A DNA stretch of 63,854 bases, counting the filler, from Choristocarpus tenellus KU-1152 (lineage: Eukaryota; Protista; Phaeophyceae): NCBI GenBank assembly GCA_964200185.2. It is 9 parts of 9 records of this genome, joined end to end, with 100 filler letters (N's around TTAATTAATTAA, not from the genome) between each part and the next. Parts side by side here need not be neighbours in the genome. Positions count along the whole stretch, not along the records: positions 1 to 19,715 come from CAXNAD020000450.1; positions 19,816 to 30,429 come from CAXNAD020002832.1; 7 more parts are not named here. One strand, given 5' to 3'. The position numbers and the translations under genes were made by a program. Every line of letters starts with the position of its first letter. Within the stretch, counting starts at the first letter, position 1. A model generated the notes under the pieces. It made no database searches and had not been told where the DNA came from. It saw only the letters and a program-made list of their open reading frames with translations. This document shows, one piece after another, positions 15,001 through 26,400 of the stretch.

Positions 15001-18000
15001 ATCCAGAAGATTTCTGAGATACTGCACACGTGCCATTCAATTTGAGTCACAAAGCTCCGATGAACCTTTAAACTGTATCCATTGCTGCTTTATAAAAATC
15101 GAACGATGCTCCAGGATGTCAAACGTTCTAGTGTCTGCTTTTAGTTTTCTTCTTTGAACTGAAATGCACTTGTCCCTCTCAGCACTTGTTCCGATTTTGG
15201 TGTTTGTAGGATAAATGTGAATTATCGGATGCATGTAGAATTCAATTCACATTCCAATTCACCTTGATCAAACATTTATAGTCATATTACAACAGTTTTT
15301 TTGCATGTCTAGACATGGTAAGGTATTTTCTTTCAAGTTGGCTCTAGCATTTGGCGCTTAGGTTAAAGTGACCCCTACTGTCTTCCTGATACCAGGCGTT
15401 TGGTGGACAAACTTGACGAGGAGTCCCAGTCAGTGATGTCATGGGACATGGACATCAACATCGATCGGTGCGAATCAATACTAAGACCATTCCTCAAGTA
15501 TCTGACATCATCTGTCTTCCCCAGGAATGATCTTCTTTATTTGATACAATTTGGTGCCGATCTTTCCTCTGCTTGATGCACAATGCAAGGCTTAATAGAG
15601 CACAAGGTGTTTCGTGAGACTAGTTCATGAAAGCATATCTCAAGGTCCAACCTTGATCAGAATATAAATGGTAGTGAGTTTCAGGATGAATCCCATTTTT
15701 TTTTTTGAGTGGGAGCCTTTTCCGAGAAAAACAACTACGAAAGCATCACATACCCAACTCACTAGGATGTCTTCATATCCTGTATTCAGTTATTCTGTAG
15801 TGTGCTCGCTCACCATGTTGTTTACCATCCCTTGTAATTAGGCATGTTCCTTTTTTGTCAGGTTTTGATTGTGCACCCGCATGTGCGACCCTACAGCCCC
15901 TTTACTTCTCTCCTGTTTTGCGGCTCAACTTTTTTGCTGAAAATATTGGTTCTCATTGCCTCTTCAGTGACTACTGAACATGATTTCTGGTTTCAAGACT
16001 TTTCAAATCCTACATGGAGTACCACAAATATGTTTTCAAAAATGGAAATTCAGCCATCACCGCTCCTCTCAGCTGTTTGTGTTGGTGCATGGCAGGTTAA
16101 TCTCTGTATTTCTAGTTTGATGCTCCTTCTCATGTTCTGCATTGACGGAGAAGACAAATCCCGTTTGTTGCAATCTTGCTAAGTGCTGTAGTTCACCTCA
16201 AATTCTTTATCTTCCCTGAGACTCTGTTGTCCTTTGATGTTTTGACTCAAACCATATTCTTCAGTTCTCATACCCGTGTATCTTCACCCTTTCACCGTGA
16301 TGTGGGTGCTGTATGGAGTCAACAACTGAAAAATGGCGGAGTAATTGAGGGTGAAGTGAAGGTTGAGGTGCTCAGAGGCTATCACAGGTATCTTATTGGT
16401 GACCAATAATCTTCGCCTTTGTGAGATTACTTATCAGTTTTAGAAATTTTGCAACCCAATGGAATATTCGAACCTGTTAAGGCATATTGAATTGCCAACA
16501 CGTTTCTGCTGTCTTCTCAATAATGTTTATCTTCCTGTCAACTAGGGAAGAGTACAAAACTGATGCAAAATGTACGTTTCCTACCTCCCTTTATTTTGTC
16601 CTTGCTGTAGTGTCAACTCTGATGTGGTGATTTTGTTGAGCTTACAGGTCGTTTCTGAATCAGTGTGGCTAATGAAACACTTAAATGTGTTGACATTCAG
16701 GCGTACATAACCCTACCAGAAATTACACTAGCTAGCATATCTTGTTTTTGTGCTAAACTCAACATTGCTATCTTACAAATCTTCACCAAATATCTAAGAT
16801 CGGAGATGGAAAAGATAGAAAAGCGTAGGAACGCTATTCAGCTATCACTGTGCAATGCTCGCAAAAGGAAAATGAAAGAAAGCTCATCTGGCAGCTCCCT
16901 ATTTGATAACAGTGACGCAGACATCTCTGATGTAGAAGATTCATCATTGCAGGTAAGCCATTTGCATCCTTTCATGGGATGCTACCGCCAAATGTAGTAC
17001 GGTATGGGTGGGACTAAGTTGCAATTCTTTAGTTCTGTAATGTGTTTGTGATGGTGAATATTCATTCCAGGGTACATACGACCTACTCCCTCGTACTAAA
17101 CACCCTTCAATACACTGCCATGGTTGCACTTTATGGGATGTAGTGGCCTGACCCTGTCCACAGCCCTGCCTGAGTTTCATGTTTTTGCTGGTATGTACTG
17201 GACACAATGGATTGTTTCAGTGATACCACTGGAATGCTGTCTAATGAACTTGAACCTCACATGTCGAAGTCTACATCTAGAGCCATTCCTACAAACGTAG
17301 CAAGTACTAATGTCCCACTTGAATACCAAAGCCTGCCAAGTAGTAGGCCCAAGGTTTCGCCCCACCTCTAGAATAATCGCGAAAACCAACCCTTCTTCAG
17401 GATGTATCAGAGGCCGAAATGCAGGAGCAGTATCTGGCTGCTGTGACCGGATCGGGTGTTTTGTCCCTGAAAGACAGAGATGGCGAAGCCTACATACGTG
17501 TAAGTTCAGTTCTCTGATAAAGTGTGCCTCTCGGTGTGCTTATCAATTTTGTCTCTGGATGCAATGTACTGATGAAGAGGGGAACCAGATGCTTTTATCC
17601 AGACGCATGGATATAGGTACCCACAATGAGTGGTTGTGATTGCTACTTGTTCATTGTCTCCATACATGAAATACTTGGCCAATCATATGTAGAACTGTGG
17701 TTAAGCATGCATCTCGTTTTGCACTTTACTAGACAGCTGATTGACCCTTCTGTTTTTTTCTAGCCTGGACATGCTGAATGAATTGATGGACATTGACCTT
17801 GGAAAACATCTTCGTACTGGGCCAGCCCGGGGCCTACCCATAGTGAAACAATTGATGACTGCCAAAAAAAAAAGTACAAATATGCCAAACTCATTTAGGA
17901 ATAAATGTAATATTTGCAAATGCTTTTATACACTCTCTTCCCTGACTTTGTCACAAGACAAATTGGAAGCAGAACTGGACTGGTATCATATCATACATAT

Positions 18001-19248
18001 TTTTAATTGGTCAGGGACAGCCTGGTCAGATTGCAGTCAATGACGTCCCTGATTTGAATATGTCAGGAAATATTGAAACCAATCTGTTTGTGAATTAATT
18101 CCATCGCATTTGCCCTGGCCTGATGCAAAGCTCAGAAAAATACATCCCCAGCATGACCACCTCGATTTTGTGGGTCTGTACTTGCTTATGACAAGAATCT
18201 CAACGACTCAATCATTTTCTCACTGGAAACTTAAGGATTCTAATGATGGGACTGAAGGAAGACAACTGGAGGAGAGCATGGATAGGACTAAACTTGAAGT
18301 CACTGGGGAGGAACAGAGAGGTGGCAATGACGGCTCTGGACGATCTGGGTTAACTTTCAATCGGAAAAGTCGACCTCGCCAGTATGGAGTGGGTGATGGG
18401 ACAAGCCCTGTAAGTCCTGCGATCATTTCTTCAGAAGTCAAAGCTAGGATTTGCCTTGCCAAGGCTGAAGGTCACTTCTGGGATTCAACTTGTAGCGCAA
18501 AGCACTTCAACCTTTGAAAGTTTAAATCTGGTGTGATAGGTATTGTGTTATTCAAAAAGTGGAAGAACATAACGGATAGGTGACGAATTGCTAGGAACCG
18601 ACTCACGTTTGAATGGATGAGAGACATGAATGGTCGGACAGCAACATTGTTGTGAACATGTATGAAAAAGAATGTATGGGGTACTGCAGATTGTTGCGCA
18701 TATTTGAGGCGCACGAGGCTTCATCTGTGCCAACTGCGCCAATAACTAAGAAGTCCCATAATTATCAGCTGTCGAATTCAAGAAATGAGCCAACAACACT
18801 TTTTATAGCCTGGATTTGTGCAAAGTATACCCAGCAACAAAGTGCAAGTTATGTGTTGCTATTCCTCTAAAAGGTAATACATGAATATGCACATCTTCTA
18901 AAGTCTTACAGTTGCTAGGAGAAGTGATTGTGACATGTTGGGGTCATTTTTACAAAGTATGTAGGTTCACGCCGAAATCAAGATCCCTCCCACAGTCTGC
19001 ACCCCATAATTCTCAGTGCTCTATCAACATGGACACTTGCCATTCATTACTTCATGTCAACTGTGTATACTTGCCTTTCAACACTTAACACTCTTACCCT
19101 GTAATTGCAGGTGGAACTGTTGACTGGATTCTCCACTGAATCCAGTCCTTGGAGTCATGAGAGCAGCCCTCGAAATTACTTTGATATTGGCAAAGACAAA
19201 GTGTATAGATCCCCATCCCCAGCCGGAGAAGATGAGCTCCCTGATGAG
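3003..19248 (+). CDS. Partial multi-exon gene: extracellular beta/Ig-like and Cys-rich region, multi-TM C-terminal domain, long cytosolic tail (stramenopile GPCR-related/TRP-C-terminal-like receptor family)
   Basis: Phase-consistent exons: 3003-3125, 4509-4690, 5620-5781, 6201-6332 (CVACPKGADC..IVPGYWR), 6651-6786 (CNKGYGGVVCSVC), 8008-8139, 8724-8897, 9152-9303, 9469-9628 (TFICD..YLRADYTIVC), 12040-12166 (YPLGVP), 12724-12848, 13246-13401 (WYFEVVECLRRLLL), 13791-~13959, 14563-14642, 15396-15497, ~16799-16952, 17401-17498, ~18257-18409, 19111-19248. Start and stop not securely located. Confidence 0.85.
3380..4090 (-). mobile_element. Degraded TE-derived coding remnant in an intron, possibly a tyrosine recombinase fragment
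   Basis: Intronic antisense ORF pieces (..VCPSLAA PITKHEVMNALKVWI..) loosely resemble YR C-terminal motifs; weak match. Confidence 0.25.
8487..8525. mobile_element. 39-bp internally deleted MITE-A with ATTA target-site duplication
   Basis: atta|GATCAAAAGTATCgccaccccctccAGATACTTTGAGCC|atta. Confidence 0.75.
9834..10087. mobile_element. MITE family B, diverged copy
   Basis: Aligns by eye over its full length with 49290-49547 (GGTATCTTAGAG...GTCCATTTGGGGG...AAATGGACAAACAGGG). Confidence 0.8.
10250..11900 (+). mobile_element. Decayed retroelement RT-like remnant in an intron (DIRS/Ngaro-like)
   Basis: Fragments YSDDFF (~11060-11080) followed by LGVPFH; many stops; boundaries approximate. Confidence 0.3.
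14696..14950. mobile_element. MITE family B, full length
   Basis: TIRs GAGTGAAAGTATCTTAGAGGGTA ... TACCCTCTAAGATACTCTGGCTC; inverted subterminal TGTCCATTTGGGGC/GCCCCAAATGGACA. Confidence 0.9.
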
Positions 19249-19685
19249 GTAAGCTAGAACATGATGGGAATAGGGCAAAGGGTTTTAAAGTTGGAATGTT
19301 GAGTAGAACGTTGTAAGTCTTAAGATATGACAGGGATGATCAAAATGGTAGAGTTGAAACAGGACATCATTAATATGAATATCTGCGGAAGAGCTATCAG
19401 AAACGAAATTTGAATGTGGTTCCCTTCTTCATCAATACGAAGACTGTACCTATTTTTTTCTAGCCGATTAACAACAAAATTGTCCATTTTACAAAGTCTT
19501 GCTAAATGTGCATTATTTTTAGTCCTTGGGCATTTCAATGTGTGATTATGAGTGTGTCCTACATGCTAAAGGTTAGTGGGTAGCGGGGGATTATCTGTGC
19601 AAGATTCAGCCCGCTATCTGAGGGACAAAAAAAACTGTTTTTGTACTGAGTATTCAGCATGACATGTTGTTAAGGTGCGATTTTG

Positions 19686-19715
19686 GGGTCAAAGTATCTG
19701 AGGGGGGGTGTCGGC
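19686..19715. mobile_element. MITE-A terminus at contig end
   Basis: GGGTCAAAGTATCTGAGGGGGGG runs into the linker. Confidence 0.75.
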
Positions 19716-19815
19716 NNNNNNNNNNNNNNNNNNNNNNNNNNNNNNNNNNNNNNNNNNNNTTAATTAATTAANNNNNNNNNNNNNNNNNNNNNNNNNNNNN
19801 NNNNNNNNNNNNNNN
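19716..19815. other. Artificial contig linker N44-TTAATTAATTAA-N44
   Basis: The identical 100-nt unit recurs at 30430-30529, 37566-37665, 42640-42739, 45719-45818, 51118-51217, 56942-57041 and 60794-60893. The 12-mer has stops in all six frames. Confidence 0.97.
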
Positions 19816-20160
19816 CTGGGGGGGGGGGTGGCAGGCTCAAAGTATCTGGGGGGGGAGGGGGTATCTACACAAGGGTGTTCATTTGAGCTCTGACCAGGAA
19901 AGGTGCACTTGCATTATTCATCCAACACATGCAACCAAATCACCAAAAAATTGCGACATGAAAAAATAGACCCCAAATGGACAGCCGCCACCCCCCCCAG
20001 ATACTTTGAGCCACAGCAGTCCATTCGGGGACCATTTTTCCTTGTCGTGACTTTTGGGTGTTTTGGTTGCATGCGTCGGATAATGTAGGTTCACTTCTCC
20101 TGGTCAGGGACCGAAAGCACCCTGGTGTGACCCTCCCCCCTCCCCCCGGTACTTTAAGAC
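19816..20160. mobile_element. Nested MITE-A pair: intact copy 19834-20012 inside an older, oppositely oriented copy
   Basis: Inner TIRs GGCTCAAAGTATCTGGGGGGG/CCCCCCCAGATACTTTGAGCC. The flanks (ctgggggg..tggca | ..gtccattcgggg...ggtactttaagac) reconstitute a reverse-orientation copy like 63703-63854. Confidence 0.8.
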
Positions 20161-20464
20161 TTTATGGTGAAAATGAGTGAGTAGAATTGGTATTCCTTCT
20201 CCGGGTAAAGAAAGGATAGGGTGATAAGTTAAAAGCTATAGGTTGTATCAGGGATCCTGATAGAGCGATTGTTACTAATTTAGAGCGGATAAACGTTTGT
20301 TGACACAAGATCTCAACCTAATCATATGCTCTCCTCCTGACAGCGCCTGCGGAATGGTGACCGACTCTGGCATAACACTTCAAACGAGTTCGAGGCAGTC
20401 GATGGCTGGTCGCTGGCTCAAGTAGTCAAAGAGAATTGTGACGGAATGGACCTCTTTCCCATCG

Positions 20465-23400
20465 ATGCTTTTACAACGACAATTTGGAGGTTTGTTTTTC
20501 GTCAACCTCTCTCTGCTGGAGGAGGCAAGGGTGCTCATGGGAAAGAGAGGATGGCCTACTTTGGTTGGCAATGTGATGCTTTATGTTGTACTTGAAATAT
20601 GTAAGTAGTTGGATAGCGATATCTACGTGAGTAATGGTAGTGCTCTACAGGAGGTCCAGGCATTCCTTCATACTGACACACAGTTATTATGTGTGGGAAC
20701 ACCATATTTTTGGTGGACGTGTATAGTATCTTTGTTCAATTGTGACCGTGTGAGGATATGCTGTTACTGGTATGTATACTCCAGTTTGTTGACGCTCATC
20801 ACCTGTAACATTTGCACCCACATGCAGTGTATGCAATGACTCGTGCTCCTCCAGTGGAGAGACTATGTTTGACTTGGACAGCTCCTACAACCTCAAGTGG
20901 GAAGGTTTGGGCGATGACAGGGTGACCTTCACAATCACGGTGGGTGCTTATTTCCTTGGGATACAACTCCTAGCCTACTCCTCTACATTCCATCTGACGT
21001 TTAGTTGTTTGTCGCCAAAGGTTCTATTATTATAGCAACTCCTTGGGCCCAGAATCAATTAGAGTGGTCCTTCTGTGACCGCACGGCATTCCTAGGTCTT
21101 GGTATGTAGACCTGTGGGTGAACTGGTTATTTTGCACTGGATAAATTCAAAGCGCTGGAGTTGGTGTATGTGCGACTGTTGCTATGAACAGCAGGCCACA
21201 ACCTTGTTGATCTGCTGTAGATAGATGTGTATAGTCATTCCCCCCAAACGCCTTTGGCTCTGTTGATCTGTCGAATTTGTCGTTTCGTCTGTGTCCCTCC
21301 TACCAGGTGGGTGAAGAAATTTCTACGGGGTTTATTGGCCTTGGGTTTGGTTCCCTGGACATGATGGGGGCTGACATCGTCTTCTGCAAGTTTGATGATA
21401 CAGGTGCTGGGCCAGATTGTTATGATGGCGTAAGCTCTGCCAACAGACAGCCCGATAGGGACATTGATGTGAGGAATATCCAAAACATTCTAGCGCTTCC
21501 ACTACTTCGTAGGGTATACATTTTTACGACTCTGATGGGGTGATCTTCTTCCATTTACTTCACACTCTGAGTAATCAATGTGAGCTGGTACTGCCACGTC
21601 TTCGTCTTTGGGGTTGTCTTGAGTCACGATGATCAGAAAGATATTATTAGAGCTATTTTCCATAGCATAAATGAGCAAATGACTTCAAGGAAAGAGCTAT
21701 AGTATCCTAGAGGGGGGTGCCGTTGGTATTTTTTCTCCCACCACTCTGGAAAGCGATTACGCTTGTGTGGATGAACGTCATATCCTCTTCTACAGTCACA
21801 GCCTCTTGATGGGGGTTGGCTGCATTTCGGGAATAGGAGTGGGGTTGTCAGGCTGATGATGTGATAATCCCCTTCATCCTAGATCGAACCTCCTCTAGGA
21901 TGCAATCATATTAAAATAGTATTCAGTTGGCATGCTACTATATGTTTCTTGTTCATTGACAACCCCTCCGTACTAAGACAAGAAGATGTCAAACTTGCAG
22001 CGCTGTAAGGTACCTTTGAAGATCCTCCTCCAGTGGTATGGGGTCATTTGTACGTTTGATTTACTCCTCAAGCTCCCAGAATGTTTTGAAGTGGAGAACT
22101 TTAGATTAGGATTTACGACTGTGTCGTCTGCATTTGCGTGAGAACAAGTTGCACTGTGTGGTGACAACAGCACCCCCTGCTATCCGGCCACCTCAGTCTT
22201 TGTTCATGACCTTCTCTAGCTCAGGTCACAGTCATAATTTCTTTACCTTATGGATTTCTGCGCTTGTGGGTTGCTGAACACTCGCAGGTGGGTGGAACAG
22301 ACGAGGTAACTGATGTAAAATACTCAGTGCTGAATGGCTTTACCACTGTGAGTTGGACGCGGCCACTCCTAGCTACAGATGATGACCTGGACAATGCTAT
22401 TGAGACATCTGGCACAACAGATGTGAGCCAAAGAAGATTCTCCAAATGGCTGACATCTAAGCTCAATCTTTTATCCCAGATCACACAGACACACCCATCT
22501 CAACAACTCCTTAACTCTTGTGTGATGCCTGTGTCACAGGTGATCGTATCATACAACCCCATCGACATTTCATTTCATGGCATGAATCGTATTGCCAAAG
22601 CAAAAATCGATTTTTCCACGGGGGCAACTGCTGTGACATCTTTTGACTCCAACTCCTCATTTTTTGCTTTCCATGGGGCAGGTCTGTTACCCCACCCAAC
22701 CTCTTCCCCCTCTTCCTCGCCTTTATTGATAGGATAAACCACCCCGTCTAAAAGGGACTCTCCAATACATGCAGGAATCAAGTTGTGAACGTGCCCATTG
22801 AGTGCCCTAAGTCGCGTCTGACATCATTCACTTAACACAAGAATGTTGAATCGGTCTATCAATGTGCAAAAAAAAAATTTAAAAAAATGGATGACTCCCT
22901 TAACAGGGTAGGGGGTGAAGGGCATATCAACAGCCCAATCCTTTTTCCATGCAAACTTCAATAACACTTTAGTATAGTGCAGCATGTGTGCAGTTATTGG
23001 CTCTAAAGCTCTGTACAGTTGCTCGGTGATACTCCAGATCCTCTATTGTACTATAGAACGTACTCTGAAGCGCCCTGAATGGAACTGCTACTATAGATAC
23101 ATCTTAAACCTAAAATCTGAGAGTAGTTTGCATTCATTGAGATTCAGCATTTTATCAGTTCCATAATACTTCAACAACACAGGGTTAAAGAACATTATGG
23201 ACCTAACAACTTTGGACGCACTATGAGGCACATATGGATAGTGGCTGTCTCTCTATATGTGCATCAGATATATACATATAGTACATGTGCTAAGCCTACG
23301 ATGAAACAGAGCTATTCCATATATACTATGTATTTTTTGTGTAGTAGGATGTCATTGTTTGGAGGTCTCCACAAGATTTGTACTTTTGTAGTGAGCAGTC

Positions 23401-26400
23401 CACATACCTGCTAGAGGATGATGGAAGCTCCAGGTAACCAACCCACTTTTTCTTCTTTTAATCACATTCTAACACAGTGATGCTGCTAGCATGGTGCGTG
23501 ATTGGGCCGGCAGGTATTTTTGTGGCACGTTACATGAAGGGCTTACCAATGTGGTTAGAGGTGCACGAAGGCAGGTAGGCATATGGGATGTCTGTTGGCA
23601 GGGTGGTCACTGGACTAGCATAGAGCTGCCATACCTACTTGATCAGGCAATGGAAGCCAACACAACTTTCAATTGGTTCCCTGTTGGATTAATCTACTGC
23701 TTTGGACGTGGCTATGTGGTGTTCGGGCCCTAGTCGGCAGAGATCAATGATGATGCCAAGCCAACCAATTTAATTTTGTCGTTGCCCACTCCACGACATC
23801 TGGTGCTTGCTTTATGCAATTGTCTACACCAAAGCGACAACTAAAAATTATGACTCGACAGTTTTGTTTTTCACTTACAGTAGTGACAACTCTTGGTAGA
23901 GGGCAGTGTTTTGGGGGTCTGTTTTTGTCTTTCGAAGCATGCACCTACTGGATGTTTAATGAACTCTTGTGTAAATTACTTCTCTACAGAAATAACACAC
24001 CAATCGGCCTCTCGCTCATATCCACTTGTTCCCACCCATTCATCAACTGCTGATTATAACTGAAAGCATGGCGTTTGTCGCCGAAACAGTGATTCCTGTA
24101 GCTGCATCCGCCCTGGCAACCACTAAGGTCAGAGGTGAAAGAGGTTGGAGATTAGGGAATGTGGGCGGACTGATCACCTGCAAAACATATATATAAGACC
24201 CCTGTGTACCACTGGGAAATTTAATTAGAAAAATTAAATATTCCAAAAATCATGACTCGTATTCTTTCTTGCACAACCCTTGTCTCCTGTTGAGTATATA
24301 TGAACCTTTCTTTCATTTGCCGACTTACCCCATTGTGAGCATAGCAGATATCATTTACTTTCACCGAAACACAAGATATTAACCACCTCAAACTTGTAGC
24401 CAAACTCGTGATTCGCTCAATCCCCACTCAGGGCCACTTTCACTCATCACATTCCATTATGGGCACCCTGGTAATGGTCTTTGTTGCCTTTCAAGTGGGC
24501 TCAGGCTTCAAGCGCATCAGCTCTCTGAAGAGCAGTCAATATGACATGACAGCCAAGGTATGTGCACAGGTAGTGAGATGATTGAGAGACCTTATAGATA
24601 CATCTTGCGTGTCGGAGTAAATAGGATGACTCCTGTTTCTTGGTTTTGGCTGGTTCTACATTCAAAATTATGTATCGGTGTTCACTTAGAGGTGTGCTTA
24701 GGATTTTTATTTGTCAAGAATTGTGGGTTAATGCGCAAGGTATCCTTGGGCATGTTATGTATCGTGCCTATAATGAGGAGATACATACTCCTAATTTCTT
24801 TGCACGACATTTTCGTATTGGTATGCCTCCTTGTAAGATTCCTCTTGCTTTGTGTTGCTATCTTCATACTTTCCTTCAGATGATGGCAATAGTGCACATG
24901 TGGGGAGGGCGCGCCCTAGCTTTGTTTGCTATTTTCACCTGCTACCACGGTCTGTACATCATTGCCCCAGATGCTACATTTACAGTGGGATCTGCTGGTG
25001 TTACAGGCGAAGATGCTTTTGGACTTCAGATTGGAGGCTTTGAATCGATGCTGAGGTAGGTCTCCCAATACACTCGACAGCCCCAACCTGGCTATCTGGT
25101 CTAGCCCTGACTCTGAAATGTTTCGATGGTCCACTAGTATTGTCGCTGAGCTGCCTCAGCCTCCCTGTGTCCTTAACAGTTTGATCTTGTTGTAAGAAAT
25201 CTAGGACTCTTTAGCCAATAAACCTTACCTATGTTCTAGAGTTCTATAGATACTAAATTTCAGTATGTTGACACACTCATTTCTCTCATCGTGTAAAGGT
25301 ACTACTGGACATACATCAGCTTCCTGGTAGTGGCATTTGTCCTTGGTGAGATGCAACTATACTTTCAGCGCAAGCATGTTCGGATAGACCTGGAGAAGCG
25401 ATTGGATCTACCTTCCTTCAACTTGAAAGTGAGCAAACCTAGCAGGCATTGGCGTCTTGTTCCCCTCCCTTCTAGAAAATTGGTAGTTTACTGAGAATCT
25501 TGAAGCCACCAATGAATCCCCACTGTTCCTCCATCTACTATGCTCCTGTGGACGACATAAAATACCCTGCTGAAGGCTCTAAGTGCTTGTGTGAGAACAG
25601 TAAATGCATTGCCGAGTACAAAATCAAGAGCATTTGTGACACGGCTTTACTCACATTTCAGAAGACCAATCATGTCTTTAGTATCAAGAACAGCATCCCC
25701 ATGTTACTCTATTCTAGGGAAGCTAGCCTTAGAATACATACCCACATATGTCAAGTTGATCATGCTACATTATGATGAGTACTTGTCGTTCTGTTGACAG
25801 AGTCCCTCCAAATTATACTCAGTACATACGAGTTAGTCAGAAGTCATGATAACCTCCTGCATCACTCACCTTGTACAGGAGTTCCATGCGCACGTGCACA
25901 ATGGATCCAAATGGGTGCTGGTAGATGACGCAATTGTGGATCTAGACAAAAACAGCTTCCGTAAGTACACCCCACACTTTAAGTGGTGGCAAGATGCTGT
26001 TCCTGAGAGCCCTTTGAGAGCAGCCTGACAGTTGCACTTTGTGTTTGTGTTGTGGTTGTGAGAGAGTCAATGTAATACTAGTTTTCGTGTTTGAACTCGG
26101 TATGCATCAGATCTATGTCTCAAGGTATGCCTTCAAATATAGTATGTGAAGACATTAATATCAACATTGCTGTTGTTATGGATCTCAGTTGAGGTTCATC
26201 CTGGAGGGGCCCGGGTCCTGCGAGGGTCGATTGGGACAGATATTAAAAAAGAATTGGCTGGGGATGAGGCCGCTGATGCAGACCATTCCCATCGCCACTC
26301 CGCACAGGTGTGTATCTGTGTTGAACCTCGTTGTGTGTGGTGTTGGAGTAGGGATTAGCCAAAGTAAATACACCCTAACGCCTTGAACTTGAGGGGGCAA

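Noticed and set aside
19760-19771. Recurring TTAATTAATTAA palindrome as a biological repeat or CRISPR-like array
   Set aside because: Always centred in exactly 44+44 Ns; it is an assembly spacer
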